Counted from the first letter of the stretch, positions 18,361 to 29,038 are shown. The stretch: DNA of 64,000 nucleotides from a virus (IMGVR_UViG_3300028797_000159:8563-72562); one strand, 5' to 3'. Notes: a model not told the origin generated them from the letters alone. Program-made: numbers and translations.

Positions 18361-19587
18361 ATGTCGACTCTCGATAGCAAACAGATTAATGTTAATGGTA
18401 CAATCTTCTCGTTCGCACAGCTTACAAACAATCCTGATAAATATATTCCTTTGTTTAGTTCAATATTTCGTACTAGCACAATGAATCAAAAAGCTGATGA
18501 ATCTAAAAAGGAATATCTTAAACGTTTGTTCCGATTGGCATTTTATACAAAACATCTTGCTGTGACAGCTGATACTCAAGTCACTGCTGATAATGCTAAC
18601 ACTGACGAAAATACTACAGTACAGGTTAGCACAGCATCACCATTGAAAACTCAAAACTGTGTACTCAATACATTGGGTATTGATGTTGTTAGTCGTGCAA
18701 AAGTAACATCAAAGATTATTTTTAAAAATTCAGGTAATGATTACAAAATTACAAATGAATATCTTGACAAACTGATTGCTACAGTGAATGATAAATCCAA
18801 ATATGAACACCCAGATGTTAAAATTAAATTTGGTGTTGAATTTGAATTTATTGGACTAGCTACTTCTAATGCTCGAGCAAATTTCAGAGATGCAATGTGT
18901 GAGCTTGTTGGTGTTGATAATTACAATGAATCTCTTAATTACCATCATAATAGTGGTGGTAAATGGGACTTGGGAACAGATGGCTCACTGCATACTACAA
19001 GCAGAGGCTTCTGTGGATATGAATTGACAACACCAATTTTGAGCCTTGATAGTCAAGAAGACCTTAATACACTTAAACGTGTATTAGAGCTTATGTTTAT
19101 TCACTTTGAAGCCCATCCTAATAAAACATGTGGTACTCATGTTCATATGAGCTTTGATGTTCCTAAAGTTACTCGTACACTTATTAAACAGTTTGCCCAA
19201 GTATATAAAAATAGTGAATCTACATTGTTTGATAAATTAGTTCGTTCAGATCGTAGAGGTAGTAGCAATCGTTATTGCCGTTCAGTTAATGTTGATTATA
19301 CTTCTGAACGATTTTGCAAACTTAACTTTCAAAATGCAGTAATTGATTCAAATAGTCTTCACCTTGAATTCCGTCAACTTCAGGGAACACTTGATTTTGA
19401 TAAAGTAGTTGCCTGGGTTAAACTTCAGAAGATGTTTGTTGAATATACATTGAATGTTATTAAAAATAATGATAGTGTAGACTTCTCATCTTTTGAAGGT
19501 TTTGAATTTGAGAAAACTATTTGTGATGATAGTTTTAATATTGCTGATATTGAAAGCTTCTTGGTAATGAGTAAGTCTGTTGCATAA
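18361..19587 (+). CDS. putative amidoligase (COOH-NH2 ligase type 2)
   Basis: FGVEFE, W..GTDGS, ELTTPIL, CGTHVH, EFRQ; start after AGGAG. Confidence 0.85.
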   Translation: MSTLDSKQINVNGTIFSFAQLTNNPDKYIPLFSSIFRTSTMNQKADESKKEYLKRLFRLAFYTKHLAVTADTQVTADNANTDENTTVQVSTASPLKTQNCVLNTLGIDVVSRAKVTSKIIFKNSGNDYKITNEYLDKLIATVNDKSKYEHPDVKIKFGVEFEFIGLATSNARANFRDAMCELVGVDNYNESLNYHHNSGGKWDLGTDGSLHTTSRGFCGYELTTPILSLDSQEDLNTLKRVLELMFIHFEAHPNKTCGTHVHMSFDVPKVTRTLIKQFAQVYKNSESTLFDKLVRSDRRGSSNRYCRSVNVDYTSERFCKLNFQNAVIDSNSLHLEFRQLQGTLDFDKVVAWVKLQKMFVEYTLNVIKNNDSVDFSSFEGFEFEKTICDDSFNIADIESFLVMSKSVA

Positions 19588-19665
19588 ATAAAGCTGGCAT
19601 TAAGCCAGCTTTATATAAATTTACATGTCATAGTTATATTAAATAGGTAATTAGGATTATTACTT

Positions 19666-20649
19666 ATGAGTATAGAACAGATAAATGAATTATTTTCTAA
19701 ATATGATTTAACTAATTTTCAAAAATTTAAAAATTACTATACATTTAATTCAAATAACAATAACTTGAAAATTTCAAGTCAATTATTTGAAAAAATGTTA
19801 AAAGCTGCTAATAATACAGATGATAAATTAGTTGTTAATATTCCTAATCTTAAATTTGGAATAGAGTTTGAATTTGTAGGGTCACTTTTATTTGAAGATA
19901 CACAAGCTTTTAACGAAGCAATGATAGATTTGCTTGGTGATAACTATATATTTGAATTTCGATACTTACATAATAATGGTGAGAAGTGGATTCTTGGTAA
20001 AGATGGATCGATAAAATATAATCAAGACACAGATATACCATTATATGGTTATGAACTATCAACACCAACACTTATCTTAAATGATAAAACTATTGAAGTA
20101 TTAACTAAAGTAATTAGTTATATTAAAACATATTTACATGGTGAAGTAAATAGTTCATGTGGAACACATATTCATATTGGGTTTGACAGCAGTAAAATAT
20201 ATAGAGACCATATTGAAACATTACTAGCAATATATTCAACAATGGAATCAACTGTATTTGACCCAATTGTTCCAACATCTCGTCGTAGAAATAAATATTG
20301 TAGAGCTACTAGTGTACTTATAAATAAAAAATATACTAAATTAAGTGCAAGATATTGTAGGTTTAATTATAATAGAGAGTGTCATACATTTCATGTTGAA
20401 TGCAGACAACTTGAAGGAACACTTGATTTAGACACAATTATAAATTGGTTAATACTACAATCTACAATAATTTATGATATAATTTCACATATAGATGATT
20501 GTCAGTATCTTTATAAACTACGTTATAATAATGCATTTGACATACTATTTAAATATAAATTTAATAATAGTTTAATTGCATTTTTTATTAAACGTATTAT
20601 TGACTTTAAATCAAAGACAATACAAACATGTAGTCCACCAGCACTTTAA
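19666..20649 (+). CDS. putative amidoligase paralog
   Basis: FGIEFE, WILGKDGS, ELSTPTL, CGTHIH, ECRQ. Confidence 0.85.
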   Translation: MSIEQINELFSKYDLTNFQKFKNYYTFNSNNNNLKISSQLFEKMLKAANNTDDKLVVNIPNLKFGIEFEFVGSLLFEDTQAFNEAMIDLLGDNYIFEFRYLHNNGEKWILGKDGSIKYNQDTDIPLYGYELSTPTLILNDKTIEVLTKVISYIKTYLHGEVNSSCGTHIHIGFDSSKIYRDHIETLLAIYSTMESTVFDPIVPTSRRRNKYCRATSVLINKKYTKLSARYCRFNYNRECHTFHVECRQLEGTLDLDTIINWLILQSTIIYDIISHIDDCQYLYKLRYNNAFDILFKYKFNNSLIAFFIKRIIDFKSKTIQTCSPPAL

Positions 20650-20721
20650 TAATAAACATTACGTATGTATATTTTTATTATAGATTGTTTTCTATAATAA
20701 ATAACTATAGGAGATTTAATT

Positions 20722-21423
20722 ATGTGTGAAATATATGGATTTTGTGGTTCAAGTCCAACTATTATAAATAAATATACAAATGAATTTTGGATGCATGCTA
20801 AAGTTCATAAAGATGGTTTTGGATATTATCTTGCAGATAAAGATGAATTATATGTAAATCCTGCTTCAGCTATCGCTTATTTTGATAAGCTATCTAAAAA
20901 GAAATTTGAAACTAGTTTGGCGTTATGTCACATTAGGTTTAAAACACATGGTCCAGCAACAAAAGAAAACTGTCATCCGTTTTCTAAATATGATTGTAGA
21001 GGAATTAAATGGACTTTAATTCATAATGGTTATATTTGTGATAATTGTAACACAGCTGCATTATCTACAATTCAAACTGGTGAAACAGATAGTGAGAGGA
21101 TGTTGCTTTCAATCGTTGAAGCTATAAATCATTTTTATGAACATTCATGTGTAGAAAATCCAAATGAATTTAAAATATTTTTATATGCATGTATTGAACG
21201 TGAGATTCAAGATCTATCTCAATTAGGTAAAACTAATTTTATTTTTACAGATAATGCAACTAATAACATGTATGTTTACATGAATCATGCAAATACTTTG
21301 TTTTTGTTGAAAACACCTGATGGTATTCATGTTTCAACAACTAAACTTTCCAATGAAAATTGGATGCCTGTAGAGCCACATAAACTACATGTTTTTAATA
21401 ATGGTGAACGAGTAGATTATTAA
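20722..21423 (+). CDS. class II glutamine amidotransferase (Ntn fold)
   Basis: N-terminal MCEIYG, HIRFKTHG, NCHPF, HNG, GETDSE. Confidence 0.9.
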   Translation: MCEIYGFCGSSPTIINKYTNEFWMHAKVHKDGFGYYLADKDELYVNPASAIAYFDKLSKKKFETSLALCHIRFKTHGPATKENCHPFSKYDCRGIKWTLIHNGYICDNCNTAALSTIQTGETDSERMLLSIVEAINHFYEHSCVENPNEFKIFLYACIEREIQDLSQLGKTNFIFTDNATNNMYVYMNHANTLFLLKTPDGIHVSTTKLSNENWMPVEPHKLHVFNNGERVDY

Positions 21424-21437
21424 TATAGGATTGTGCT

Positions 21438-21833
21438 ATGGATAAATCACTTATTGAAAAATTTAAAGATTTAAATGACCTTGAATTTGAGATTATTTTC
21501 ATTGACAGTATTTGTAAGAAAATGAAAACACTAAATAGTCAAGAAGTGCGCATAGCAACAATGCTATTTATGTATATGTCTATTGTTGAGTCACTTAAGA
21601 AATATAGGCAACTTGCTGCAGACAGCAATAGGACAATTCCACATGGTGAAGCTATTAATATGCTGATTAATAAAGGCGATTTATTTCTTTCATCTGTAGC
21701 TGCTGAAGAAGATAGATCATATTATGTTTACAAATCGTTAAGTGACTTTTATGAATTTTCAAAAGACCTACTTTCACTACTAAAAAGTGAAATGACAGAA
21801 GACCCTACATATGCACATCTAATAAAATCGTAA
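21438..21833 (+). CDS. hypothetical protein
   Basis: ORF in operon. Confidence 0.7.
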   Translation: MDKSLIEKFKDLNDLEFEIIFIDSICKKMKTLNSQEVRIATMLFMYMSIVESLKKYRQLAADSNRTIPHGEAINMLINKGDLFLSSVAAEEDRSYYVYKSLSDFYEFSKDLLSLLKSEMTEDPTYAHLIKS

Positions 21834-21842
21834 TGAGGTATC

Positions 21843-21938
21843 ATGGGTTTAACTATTATATTTTTAATAACATTAGCAATAGTATTATTTATATTAATAG
21901 CTACTTTGGTTGATATATTTACAAGTCGTAATAAATAA
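21843..21938 (+). CDS. small single-TM peptide (31 aa)
   Basis: GAGG RBS; MGLTIIFLITLAIVLFILIATLVDIFTSRNK. Confidence 0.65.
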   Translation: MGLTIIFLITLAIVLFILIATLVDIFTSRNK

Positions 21939-21994
21939 AATATAAAGCATAGTAAATTAATTACTATGCTTTATTTATTTGTAGGGATTTTTAT

Positions 21995-22113
21995 TTTGTA
22001 TCAGATAATGAATCGAAAATCCCTGATACAATTTGATACAATTTTTGTGTTTACAAGCCACTTGATTTGCCGTATAATATACCCATAAATTGAGCATGAA
22101 TGGTTCAGCTCAA
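21995..22113 (+). promoter_or_regulatory. repeated promoter element copy 8
   Basis: same architecture. Confidence 0.85.
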
Positions 22114-22132
22114 TCACCTAGTGGAGGAAAGT

Positions 22133-22492
22133 ATGTCTTGGACAGAGAATATGCAATCAATGACTGATGAAGCAATTTCCATTTTCATGGAAAAAGCACC
22201 TAAAACAATTAATGTCATTAAGAGATCATTTGGCTATTTTGAGGCTGAAATTCCATACAATGAAATAGTCATTAATACTGTAATTAAATTTGGTGGGTTT
22301 AATATGTGGACTAAACATACACATAAAGAAAACATTGATGACAGAATGTATGGTAGAAATATATCTGATTATAGATTCTATAAATCTATATATGATTCAC
22401 AGCAAATGAAATCACTTAATTTAGACAGAATTCTGTCTGATATTTATGACCATCGTAATGGTTATATAACTTCTGGTTCACTTGGTGACTAA
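22133..22492 (+). CDS. hypothetical protein
   Basis: start after GGAGG. Confidence 0.75.
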   Translation: MSWTENMQSMTDEAISIFMEKAPKTINVIKRSFGYFEAEIPYNEIVINTVIKFGGFNMWTKHTHKENIDDRMYGRNISDYRFYKSIYDSQQMKSLNLDRILSDIYDHRNGYITSGSLGD

Positions 22493-22517
22493 TAAAGATT
22501 AATCCATGGAGGTAATT

Positions 22518-22694
22518 ATGAAACATTGCAAATGTGATTTTTGTTTTAATGATGCTGCTTATGTTTCAGGTGATGGTGAGCTTCATTTATGTGAAGATTG
22601 CTATGTCGTTATGGAAGATGAATTTGAGTCTTCATTTGAAGATGAGGTTGGTGTTCCATTTGATGAATACTATGACTTTGAAGACGTCATTTAA
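22518..22694 (+). CDS. small Cys-containing acidic protein
   Basis: GGAGG RBS; CxCxxC, CxxC. Confidence 0.65.
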   Translation: MKHCKCDFCFNDAAYVSGDGELHLCEDCYVVMEDEFESSFEDEVGVPFDEYYDFEDVI

Positions 22695-22744
22695 TATTAA
22701 ATGTAAACTTGGTTCTACACTTAATTCCTATAAGGAGACACTAC

Positions 22745-23098
22745 ATGAAATATACAACTAGCACACTTGTTGACGCCGATCTTCTTGATTCATTCTATAA
22801 TGATTCTTCACTTACACTTGAAGGTCTTGATCTTAATAGCATTGAAGATTATGCTAATTATCTTAATGAAAATTTTGGTTTGAAAGATAATACTGTGTTT
22901 CATATTATTGATGGTAAATATATGAATGATTATTATGAATTAACAGGTACAAATTGTTATCCTAATGATCTTCATATTATTATTGTAAAGCTTGATAATA
23001 TTATAGATTTAAATAAACTCATGACTAAACGATTTACATTTGGTGGTCGTTGGTTTGACGATGTAGTTGATAATAATAAACAACGTCAATGTTGTTAA
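22745..23098 (+). CDS. hypothetical protein, paralog of 42883..43236
   Basis: LTLEGLDLNS..DYANYL and FGGRWFDDVVDNN shared. Confidence 0.8.
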   Translation: MKYTTSTLVDADLLDSFYNDSSLTLEGLDLNSIEDYANYLNENFGLKDNTVFHIIDGKYMNDYYELTGTNCYPNDLHIIIVKLDNIIDLNKLMTKRFTFGGRWFDDVVDNNKQRQCC

Positions 23099-23189
23099 AA
23101 ATATAATACATATCTGTGTATATTTACACGTCGTATAAATAACATTAACTATCAGTAATCATGGAGTTGCTGATATAAGGAGAAATAAT

Positions 23190-23738
23190 ATGGATAAGAC
23201 ATTTGAAGCTACTACGAAAAAAGAGCTTATTGATAATATTCTTAAAATGATGGTTACACCAAATGTAAAACAACCAGTACATTCAGATAAAGATGAATCT
23301 AATTATAAATCATTTATTAAGTCTGTTAATCTAAGTCATAAAGCGACAGTTGAATTGCCATTGGATTATGCTATTCGTCATGAAATGTTTAATCTAATTA
23401 AAACTGGTAAAGTTTATATTAAAAGTTCTATTAGATTTACTACAGTATTCACAACTGAAATGCCTACTGATGTAACAGCATCATCATTTAATGCTACATA
23501 TACTGGCCATGAGTTTTATTATTCATTTCTTGATAATCATCCTGGAATTATCAATGTTGACAAACTAAAAGATATTCCTATTGATTATGAGGGTTTGATG
23601 GCTGTTCCATTAACTGTCCTTGAATTTAAGAATTTTATTAGATTTAATGTATATAGAGTATTATATACGCCTAAGCATAATGGTAAAATAATTTATCCTA
23701 GAGTTGTTGTTTCAAATAAAGTTGCAATCACTGATTAA
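23190..23738 (+). CDS. hypothetical protein
   Basis: AAGGAG RBS. Confidence 0.75.
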   Translation: MDKTFEATTKKELIDNILKMMVTPNVKQPVHSDKDESNYKSFIKSVNLSHKATVELPLDYAIRHEMFNLIKTGKVYIKSSIRFTTVFTTEMPTDVTASSFNATYTGHEFYYSFLDNHPGIINVDKLKDIPIDYEGLMAVPLTVLEFKNFIRFNVYRVLYTPKHNGKIIYPRVVVSNKVAITD

Positions 23739-23762
23739 ATGGTTTAATAAGGAGATTTAATT

Positions 23763-24266
23763 ATGACAAAGTATTCCAATTCTATGAATAGATCAGCACT
23801 TATTGATGAGCCTATTGTTGAAATGCTTCTTTCTAAGAAATATGCTTCATCAGGAATTTCTTTTCAGAAGGAATATAAAAATTCTACATTGATGTATTCA
23901 GTAAATGGAGTTCATAGAAATCTTTTTATTAAACGCAATTCGTCTAAATATTATAATTCAAATAATTTCTTTATCACACTAAATAAAAATCGACTTGATG
24001 TATTTAATAATGCAACATATGTCTTTATTGATGAAGTTTCAAATGCACTTTATTTAGTTGATGGCATGAATTTACTTAAGTTTATTTTGAATCATAAAGA
24101 CAATATTAATCAAATTGATAATACTGAAAATTATTATATCTTAATATCTAAAGCTGACATTATTTCTTTGACTGATAGTAAAAATCAGATTATAAATTAT
24201 AATAATCAATTTGCTACTTTATTTAAAATGTATAGAGACGAATCTAATTTTACGAATCTTATGTGA
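23763..24266 (+). CDS. hypothetical protein
   Basis: AAGGAG RBS. Confidence 0.75.
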   Translation: MTKYSNSMNRSALIDEPIVEMLLSKKYASSGISFQKEYKNSTLMYSVNGVHRNLFIKRNSSKYYNSNNFFITLNKNRLDVFNNATYVFIDEVSNALYLVDGMNLLKFILNHKDNINQIDNTENYYILISKADIISLTDSKNQIINYNNQFATLFKMYRDESNFTNLM

Positions 24267-24300
24267 TTTACTTTAAACAATATAAATATAGGACATTAAT

Positions 24301-24834
24301 ATGGGAAATATTATTTTTAACAAAACACGTAAAGTCACATCGCCAACTTCTGCATATGGTAAACCTGCTGCAGTTGATTTCTATATTCCTGAATACTCGC
24401 CAGAATTGTCAACTGATTTGGTAAATAAAAACCCAAATAGGTATGATTATAAACTTGACATTTCACCTAAATTGGATTCAATGACAATCACACTTATGCC
24501 TAATGGTAGAATCCTAATTCCATCAGGCATTCGTGTCATTATTAATGACCCTAATACTTGTTTACTTGCTGTAAATAAATCAGGTATTGCTTCTAAGAAG
24601 GGACTAATTATCGGAGCTGCATTAATCGACGAAGATTATACAGGTGAAATACATCTTAATCTTATCAATACTACTAGAGACATTGTTCAACTTAAAACTG
24701 GTGATAAAGTAGTACAATTTATGCACCTTCCAATTATTCGTTCAGAATTTCAGGAAGTCTGTTCAGAAGACTTTGATAAACTTAAGCCTGACTCTAAACG
24801 TGGCGATAAAGGGTTTGGTAGCTCAGGCACATAA
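24301..24834 (+). CDS. dut: trimeric dUTPase
   Basis: AVDFYIP, NKSG, IDEDYTGEI, VQF, RGDKGFGSSG. Confidence 0.92.
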   Translation: MGNIIFNKTRKVTSPTSAYGKPAAVDFYIPEYSPELSTDLVNKNPNRYDYKLDISPKLDSMTITLMPNGRILIPSGIRVIINDPNTCLLAVNKSGIASKKGLIIGAALIDEDYTGEIHLNLINTTRDIVQLKTGDKVVQFMHLPIIRSEFQEVCSEDFDKLKPDSKRGDKGFGSSGT

Positions 24835-24849
24835 TAAAGGCCATAGTAA

Positions 24850-25218
24850 ATGCCTAATGCTGAATATATTGATGAGAAATTAAAATGTTTACTGCATGAA
24901 GCTGAAGGATTTTCACAATTAAATACTTGTCTAGGTGTTCGTCTTTCAGATCATGCCGCCCAATTATGTGGGTGTAGGTCAACTCGTCAGATAAGTGATA
25001 GCGCTGCTGATGACGTTGAACTTACATTTTTTGATTTATTAAATCGTTTACATGACAACATTATTGAGTGTCTTTCATATTTGGAAAATGATCATGTATA
25101 TAATGATAATGTAATGTCATTTAATGATGAAACACTTTCAAAGTATCTTGAAGATGTTTTATATTATATGACAATAGAAAATTACAGGTCATATTTTTAT
25201 GAAAGCTTCTTTATATAG
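24850..25218 (+). CDS. hypothetical protein
   Basis: ORF in operon. Confidence 0.65.
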   Translation: MPNAEYIDEKLKCLLHEAEGFSQLNTCLGVRLSDHAAQLCGCRSTRQISDSAADDVELTFFDLLNRLHDNIIECLSYLENDHVYNDNVMSFNDETLSKYLEDVLYYMTIENYRSYFYESFFI

Positions 25219-25226
25219 GTGATTAT

Positions 25227-25805
25227 ATGAATTCGCAAAAGAAAAAGATAATTATTATAGAAGGTCCTGATAATGTTGGGAAGGATACACTTATTAATAA
25301 ATTAAAAGAAACATTTAAAAATCCAGTAGTGTTTCATGCAGGTATTCCCGATAATAATAAAAGTTTACATAAGTTTTATTATGAAGGTATTATACATGAT
25401 ACTTTAGACAAATATTATAATTCAGATTGTGATGCTATTATTCATAATAGGTCTTTTTATGGTGAATTTGTATATGGCCCAAAATATCGGAATATGTTTC
25501 CAGGAACAGCTGCACAATTAGTTTATGCTTTAGAAGCTGGACAATTAAGAACATTTATTCGAGAAGATGAATTATATCTTATACTTCTAACAAGTGATAA
25601 TGTTAATTTACTTATTAATAATGAAGATGGAAAATCATTATCATTAGCTGATAAGAAAAACATTTCAGACGAAATTGAACTATTTAATACTATATTTAAG
25701 CTGTCAGAAATTAAAAATAAAAAGAAGGTATTAGTTAATAATGATGCATCTTTTAAAGATAAAAATGAAATTTATAATGAAGTTATAACATTCATTAATA
25801 AATAA
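25227..25805 (+). CDS. thymidylate-kinase-like dNMP kinase
   Basis: IIIEGPDNVGKDT P-loop; HNRSFYGEFVYG. Confidence 0.8.
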   Translation: MNSQKKKIIIIEGPDNVGKDTLINKLKETFKNPVVFHAGIPDNNKSLHKFYYEGIIHDTLDKYYNSDCDAIIHNRSFYGEFVYGPKYRNMFPGTAAQLVYALEAGQLRTFIREDELYLILLTSDNVNLLINNEDGKSLSLADKKNISDEIELFNTIFKLSEIKNKKKVLVNNDASFKDKNEIYNEVITFINK

Positions 25806-25807
25806 CT

Positions 25808-26371
25808 ATGTCAAAAACAATTTCAATTACAGGAAAACCTGGGTCAGGTAAATCTACATTAATTCGTAAATTAAAAAATGAATTAAATATAAATACTGAA
25901 CATCTTGTTAAGCATAATAATCGCAGTTATCATTATTTTAGTAATGATAATCATGTTTATATACTTGGAAAATATTCAGATGATACACCATTTGGTGGTG
26001 TAGATTTTTATAAAAGTAAATTGTTTTCTATAGATTTAATTAATCTTATTATTAGCGATGATAAGGACGCAATTATATTTTTAGAAGGTGTTTTCTTTAA
26101 AAAATATAATTATGATGTTAAATTATTTTTATCAGTAACAGATGATGTTTTAATTAAAAATCTACTAGATAGAGCTGCTGCTAATTATAATATTAAAAGA
26201 TTTAAATCACCTGAAGAAATAGAAGCTAAATCAAAAAAGATTTTAGAGACATTTAAATATTTTGAAAATCGATTTAGAAAACAAGGTTATAAATTACTAA
26301 ATAATAATACGGATGAAGAGCATGCAGCTAATTATCAATTACTATTAAATTATGCTAATAATAAAATATAA
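25808..26371 (+). CDS. P-loop kinase/NTPase
   Basis: GKPGSGKST; LGKY....FGGVD; IIFLEG. Confidence 0.75.
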   Translation: MSKTISITGKPGSGKSTLIRKLKNELNINTEHLVKHNNRSYHYFSNDNHVYILGKYSDDTPFGGVDFYKSKLFSIDLINLIISDDKDAIIFLEGVFFKKYNYDVKLFLSVTDDVLIKNLLDRAAANYNIKRFKSPEEIEAKSKKILETFKYFENRFRKQGYKLLNNNTDEEHAANYQLLLNYANNKI

Positions 26372-26392
26372 ATAAAAATTAAGTGTATTAAA

Positions 26393-26500
26393 TTTGTAAC
26401 TGGATTATATCAATAATAAATTAAAAATCCCTGATACAAATTTAATACACTTTTTCTATTTACAATGAGGCAATTTTATTGTATAATATATTTATAAATT
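26393..26500 (+). promoter_or_regulatory. repeated promoter element copy 9 (no leader hairpin)
   Basis: core, TTTACA-17-TATAAT. Confidence 0.8.
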
Positions 26501-26530
26501 AAATAACAATATTATATATTGGATAATATT

Positions 26531-26632
26531 ATGCGTAACATCGATTCTGAAGACGAACCGTTTGTATTTATATTTGCAATGATAGTTATTGCAGGATTAG
26601 TTATTGGTATTATGAAACTTATTATGGTGTGA
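26531..26632 (+). CDS. small single-TM peptide (33 aa)
   Basis: first ORF after promoter; hydrophobic C-terminal half. Confidence 0.6.
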   Translation: MRNIDSEDEPFVFIFAMIVIAGLVIGIMKLIMV

Positions 26633-26640
26633 GGATTCAC

Positions 26641-27333
26641 ATGCTCCCAATGGCTACAACAGAAGATATTAGAAATGAATTAAAAGATCTCTATAATAAC
26701 AAAGTCTTTCGTGAAGGTAAATACGGAAAGACTGTTGAGATTCAAAATGCACATTTTTTAGCAGATAGTGACTCAATCATTCGTGCGCCTAATTATGATT
26801 ATGCTAAACGTGAAATTGAATGGTATGAATCTCAATCACTATATGTGAAAGACATTCCTGGTGGCGCACCAAAAATTTGGCAAGCTTGTGCAGATAGAGA
26901 TGGTAAGATCAATAGCAATTACGGATGGTGTATATTTTCAGACGAGAATTACAGACAATTTTATAATTGTGTAGATCGATTGCTATATGATAAATATACA
27001 CGAGAAGCTTGCATGATTTACAATCGTCCATCTATGCAATACGATTGTACTTATCATGGCATGCATGACTTTATGTGTACTTATGCCACTCAAGTATTTT
27101 TAAATGACATAGGTAATAATAAATATAAGCTTGATTATACTGTATTTATGAGAAGTTGCGATGCTGTTTTTGGGTATGATAATGACGTACTATGGGCACA
27201 ATATGTTCAAAATAAAATGGTTGATGAATTAAAGTATTATGATAAAGATGTGATTCCTGGTAGTATTATTTGGAATGCTGGTAGTCTTCATGTTTATGAA
27301 AGGCATTTTAAATATTTAATGGAGATTGAATAA
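26641..27333 (+). CDS. T4 gp42-like dCMP hydroxymethylase (thymidylate synthase family)
   Basis: REIEWY.SQSLYVKDIPG..PKIWQ, INSNYGW, RPSMQ, DFMCT, RSCDAVFGYDND (Asp at dCMP-specificity site), SLHVYERHF. Confidence 0.88.
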   Translation: MLPMATTEDIRNELKDLYNNKVFREGKYGKTVEIQNAHFLADSDSIIRAPNYDYAKREIEWYESQSLYVKDIPGGAPKIWQACADRDGKINSNYGWCIFSDENYRQFYNCVDRLLYDKYTREACMIYNRPSMQYDCTYHGMHDFMCTYATQVFLNDIGNNKYKLDYTVFMRSCDAVFGYDNDVLWAQYVQNKMVDELKYYDKDVIPGSIIWNAGSLHVYERHFKYLMEIE

Positions 27334-27623
27334 TGAAAAAGTTATTTGTATTTCTATTTGCTATATTAATTTTTACTTTTATTCCAATTGCTTCATTTGC
27401 ACAACCACGGCATCCATTACCTCCTCCACCTGGAGGATATCGTCCTGCTGTGATTGAACATTGTTATACTGTTCTTATTCCATTCCCACATAGAAAATGC
27501 GAGATTCGATATTTATATAATTATACTCCAGCACCGCCACCTCCTAGACGACATACTCCAATGCCACCTCCGCCCCCAAAAGGTCATCCATCGCCACATC
27601 ACCACCATCACACACATAAATAA
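27333..27623 (+). CDS. secreted Pro/His-rich protein
   Basis: signal peptide; poly-Pro and poly-His tracts. Confidence 0.7.
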   Translation: MKKLFVFLFAILIFTFIPIASFAQPRHPLPPPPGGYRPAVIEHCYTVLIPFPHRKCEIRYLYNYTPAPPPPRRHTPMPPPPPKGHPSPHHHHHTHK

Positions 27624-27751
27624 ATAAGTTATGCATTATAGTTAAATTAACTATAATGCATTTTTTATATATAATGTAATTTAATTAATATCAAATAATA
27701 GTAATAATTATATAGTTAATGATTCTATAATTATTTAAAAGGACAATTACT

Positions 27752-29038
27752 ATGAATAAAGATAAATTTAAAATGTTTGAGTCTAGAATTTCTAAATTAG
27801 AAAAACTTATTAACAATCAAAATCGAATTAAAAACGAGCGTGGACTACACGGCAATTATGATGTAGCAGCTGATGATGAATGGTGGGATTTTGATGACAA
27901 TGAGTTTGTTGTTAATGATACAAACACAAAAACATCAGGTAATTTAAATGATAGGCCAATTATTAAAAATGGTGGTGCATCTGCAGAAGCATTTGAAAAT
28001 GTAATATGTGACGCAATATACTATAAAGGTGAAATGCCGGATAATTATGGCTATACTAATGTAATTAAAAAAGTATGTCATACTGATGAGCCTGAAAAAG
28101 TATTTAATCAATTATATAAAACATTATCAAAAACGCCACTAGCTAAAGCAAACTTACAAGCATTACCTGGTCATCAGCCAGTTACTAAAAAATGGATAAA
28201 GCTTGGTTTTTATGATGTATATGGTGCTAGACCAAGTGGCGTTCCAAAGACAGACATTATTGGTGGTAACTTTCATGTTTCTGTAAAAAAGAAAGGTGGC
28301 TCACAATTAATGTCAGGTACTGTTTGCGAAACATTAGCTACTATTAATGCTGCATTTTTAAATAGTGCAAATGATATATCAGCACAGCTTGTTGAATTAC
28401 AAAATCAAATGAATTCAATATCTGATACTAATAGTAATGAGTACAATAAGCTAATGGCTAAATATGACGAGCTCGATGCTAAACGTGAATTACTACTTGA
28501 TAAAATCAGTGATACTAAAAATGTAATGGATAATATTATCAGTAGTGGTGGATCATTTAAACAACGACTAGACAGTGATTCAGCACAAGCAAGAAAAGAT
28601 TATTATGATTATATTGCTAAGGTAAATAATATTGAGTTATCAATGAAAAATCTTAATAAGCAAATTGCGAAATTACAGAAATTTGATGATAGTGCTGAAT
28701 TTGCTTATGGTAAAATGGAAATTGCAAGAAAGCAATTTGAAAAGAATATTATTCAGCAGATTGAAAATGAGTCATCAGAGTTACATGACGCTATTTTAAG
28801 AGAAGCTATTACTGGTCAAGTTAAATTTGGTTATGGCTCAAAAGGTTGTGCTAATTATGTATTAGTTTGGGATGAAGATGGTACTTGTGAAGTATTTAAT
28901 ATTGATGAATATATAAATCATATTCAGGGTCATAACAAGTTTGATTTAAGCTATAAATCAAATAGTGTTAAATTAAAAGGCGGGAAAACTGGTCAATATG
29001 ACGCTGATATAGCACTACGTATTACAGTTAATAATTAA
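27752..29038 (+). CDS. putative PD-(D/E)XK-like nuclease with N-terminal FESRISKLEK motif
   Basis: PKTDII...VSVKKKGGSQLMSG; coiled-coil middle. Confidence 0.55.
   Translation: MNKDKFKMFESRISKLEKLINNQNRIKNERGLHGNYDVAADDEWWDFDDNEFVVNDTNTKTSGNLNDRPIIKNGGASAEAFENVICDAIYYKGEMPDNYGYTNVIKKVCHTDEPEKVFNQLYKTLSKTPLAKANLQALPGHQPVTKKWIKLGFYDVYGARPSGVPKTDIIGGNFHVSVKKKGGSQLMSGTVCETLATINAAFLNSANDISAQLVELQNQMNSISDTNSNEYNKLMAKYDELDAKRELLLDKISDTKNVMDNIISSGGSFKQRLDSDSAQARKDYYDYIAKVNNIELSMKNLNKQIAKLQKFDDSAEFAYGKMEIARKQFEKNIIQQIENESSELHDAILREAITGQVKFGYGSKGCANYVLVWDEDGTCEVFNIDEYINHIQGHNKFDLSYKSNSVKLKGGKTGQYDADIALRITVNN

Noticed and set aside
26641-27333. ordinary ThyA or dUMP hydroxymethylase
   Set aside because: Asp rather than Asn at the specificity position, close match to T4 gp42 motifs, and ThyX already present
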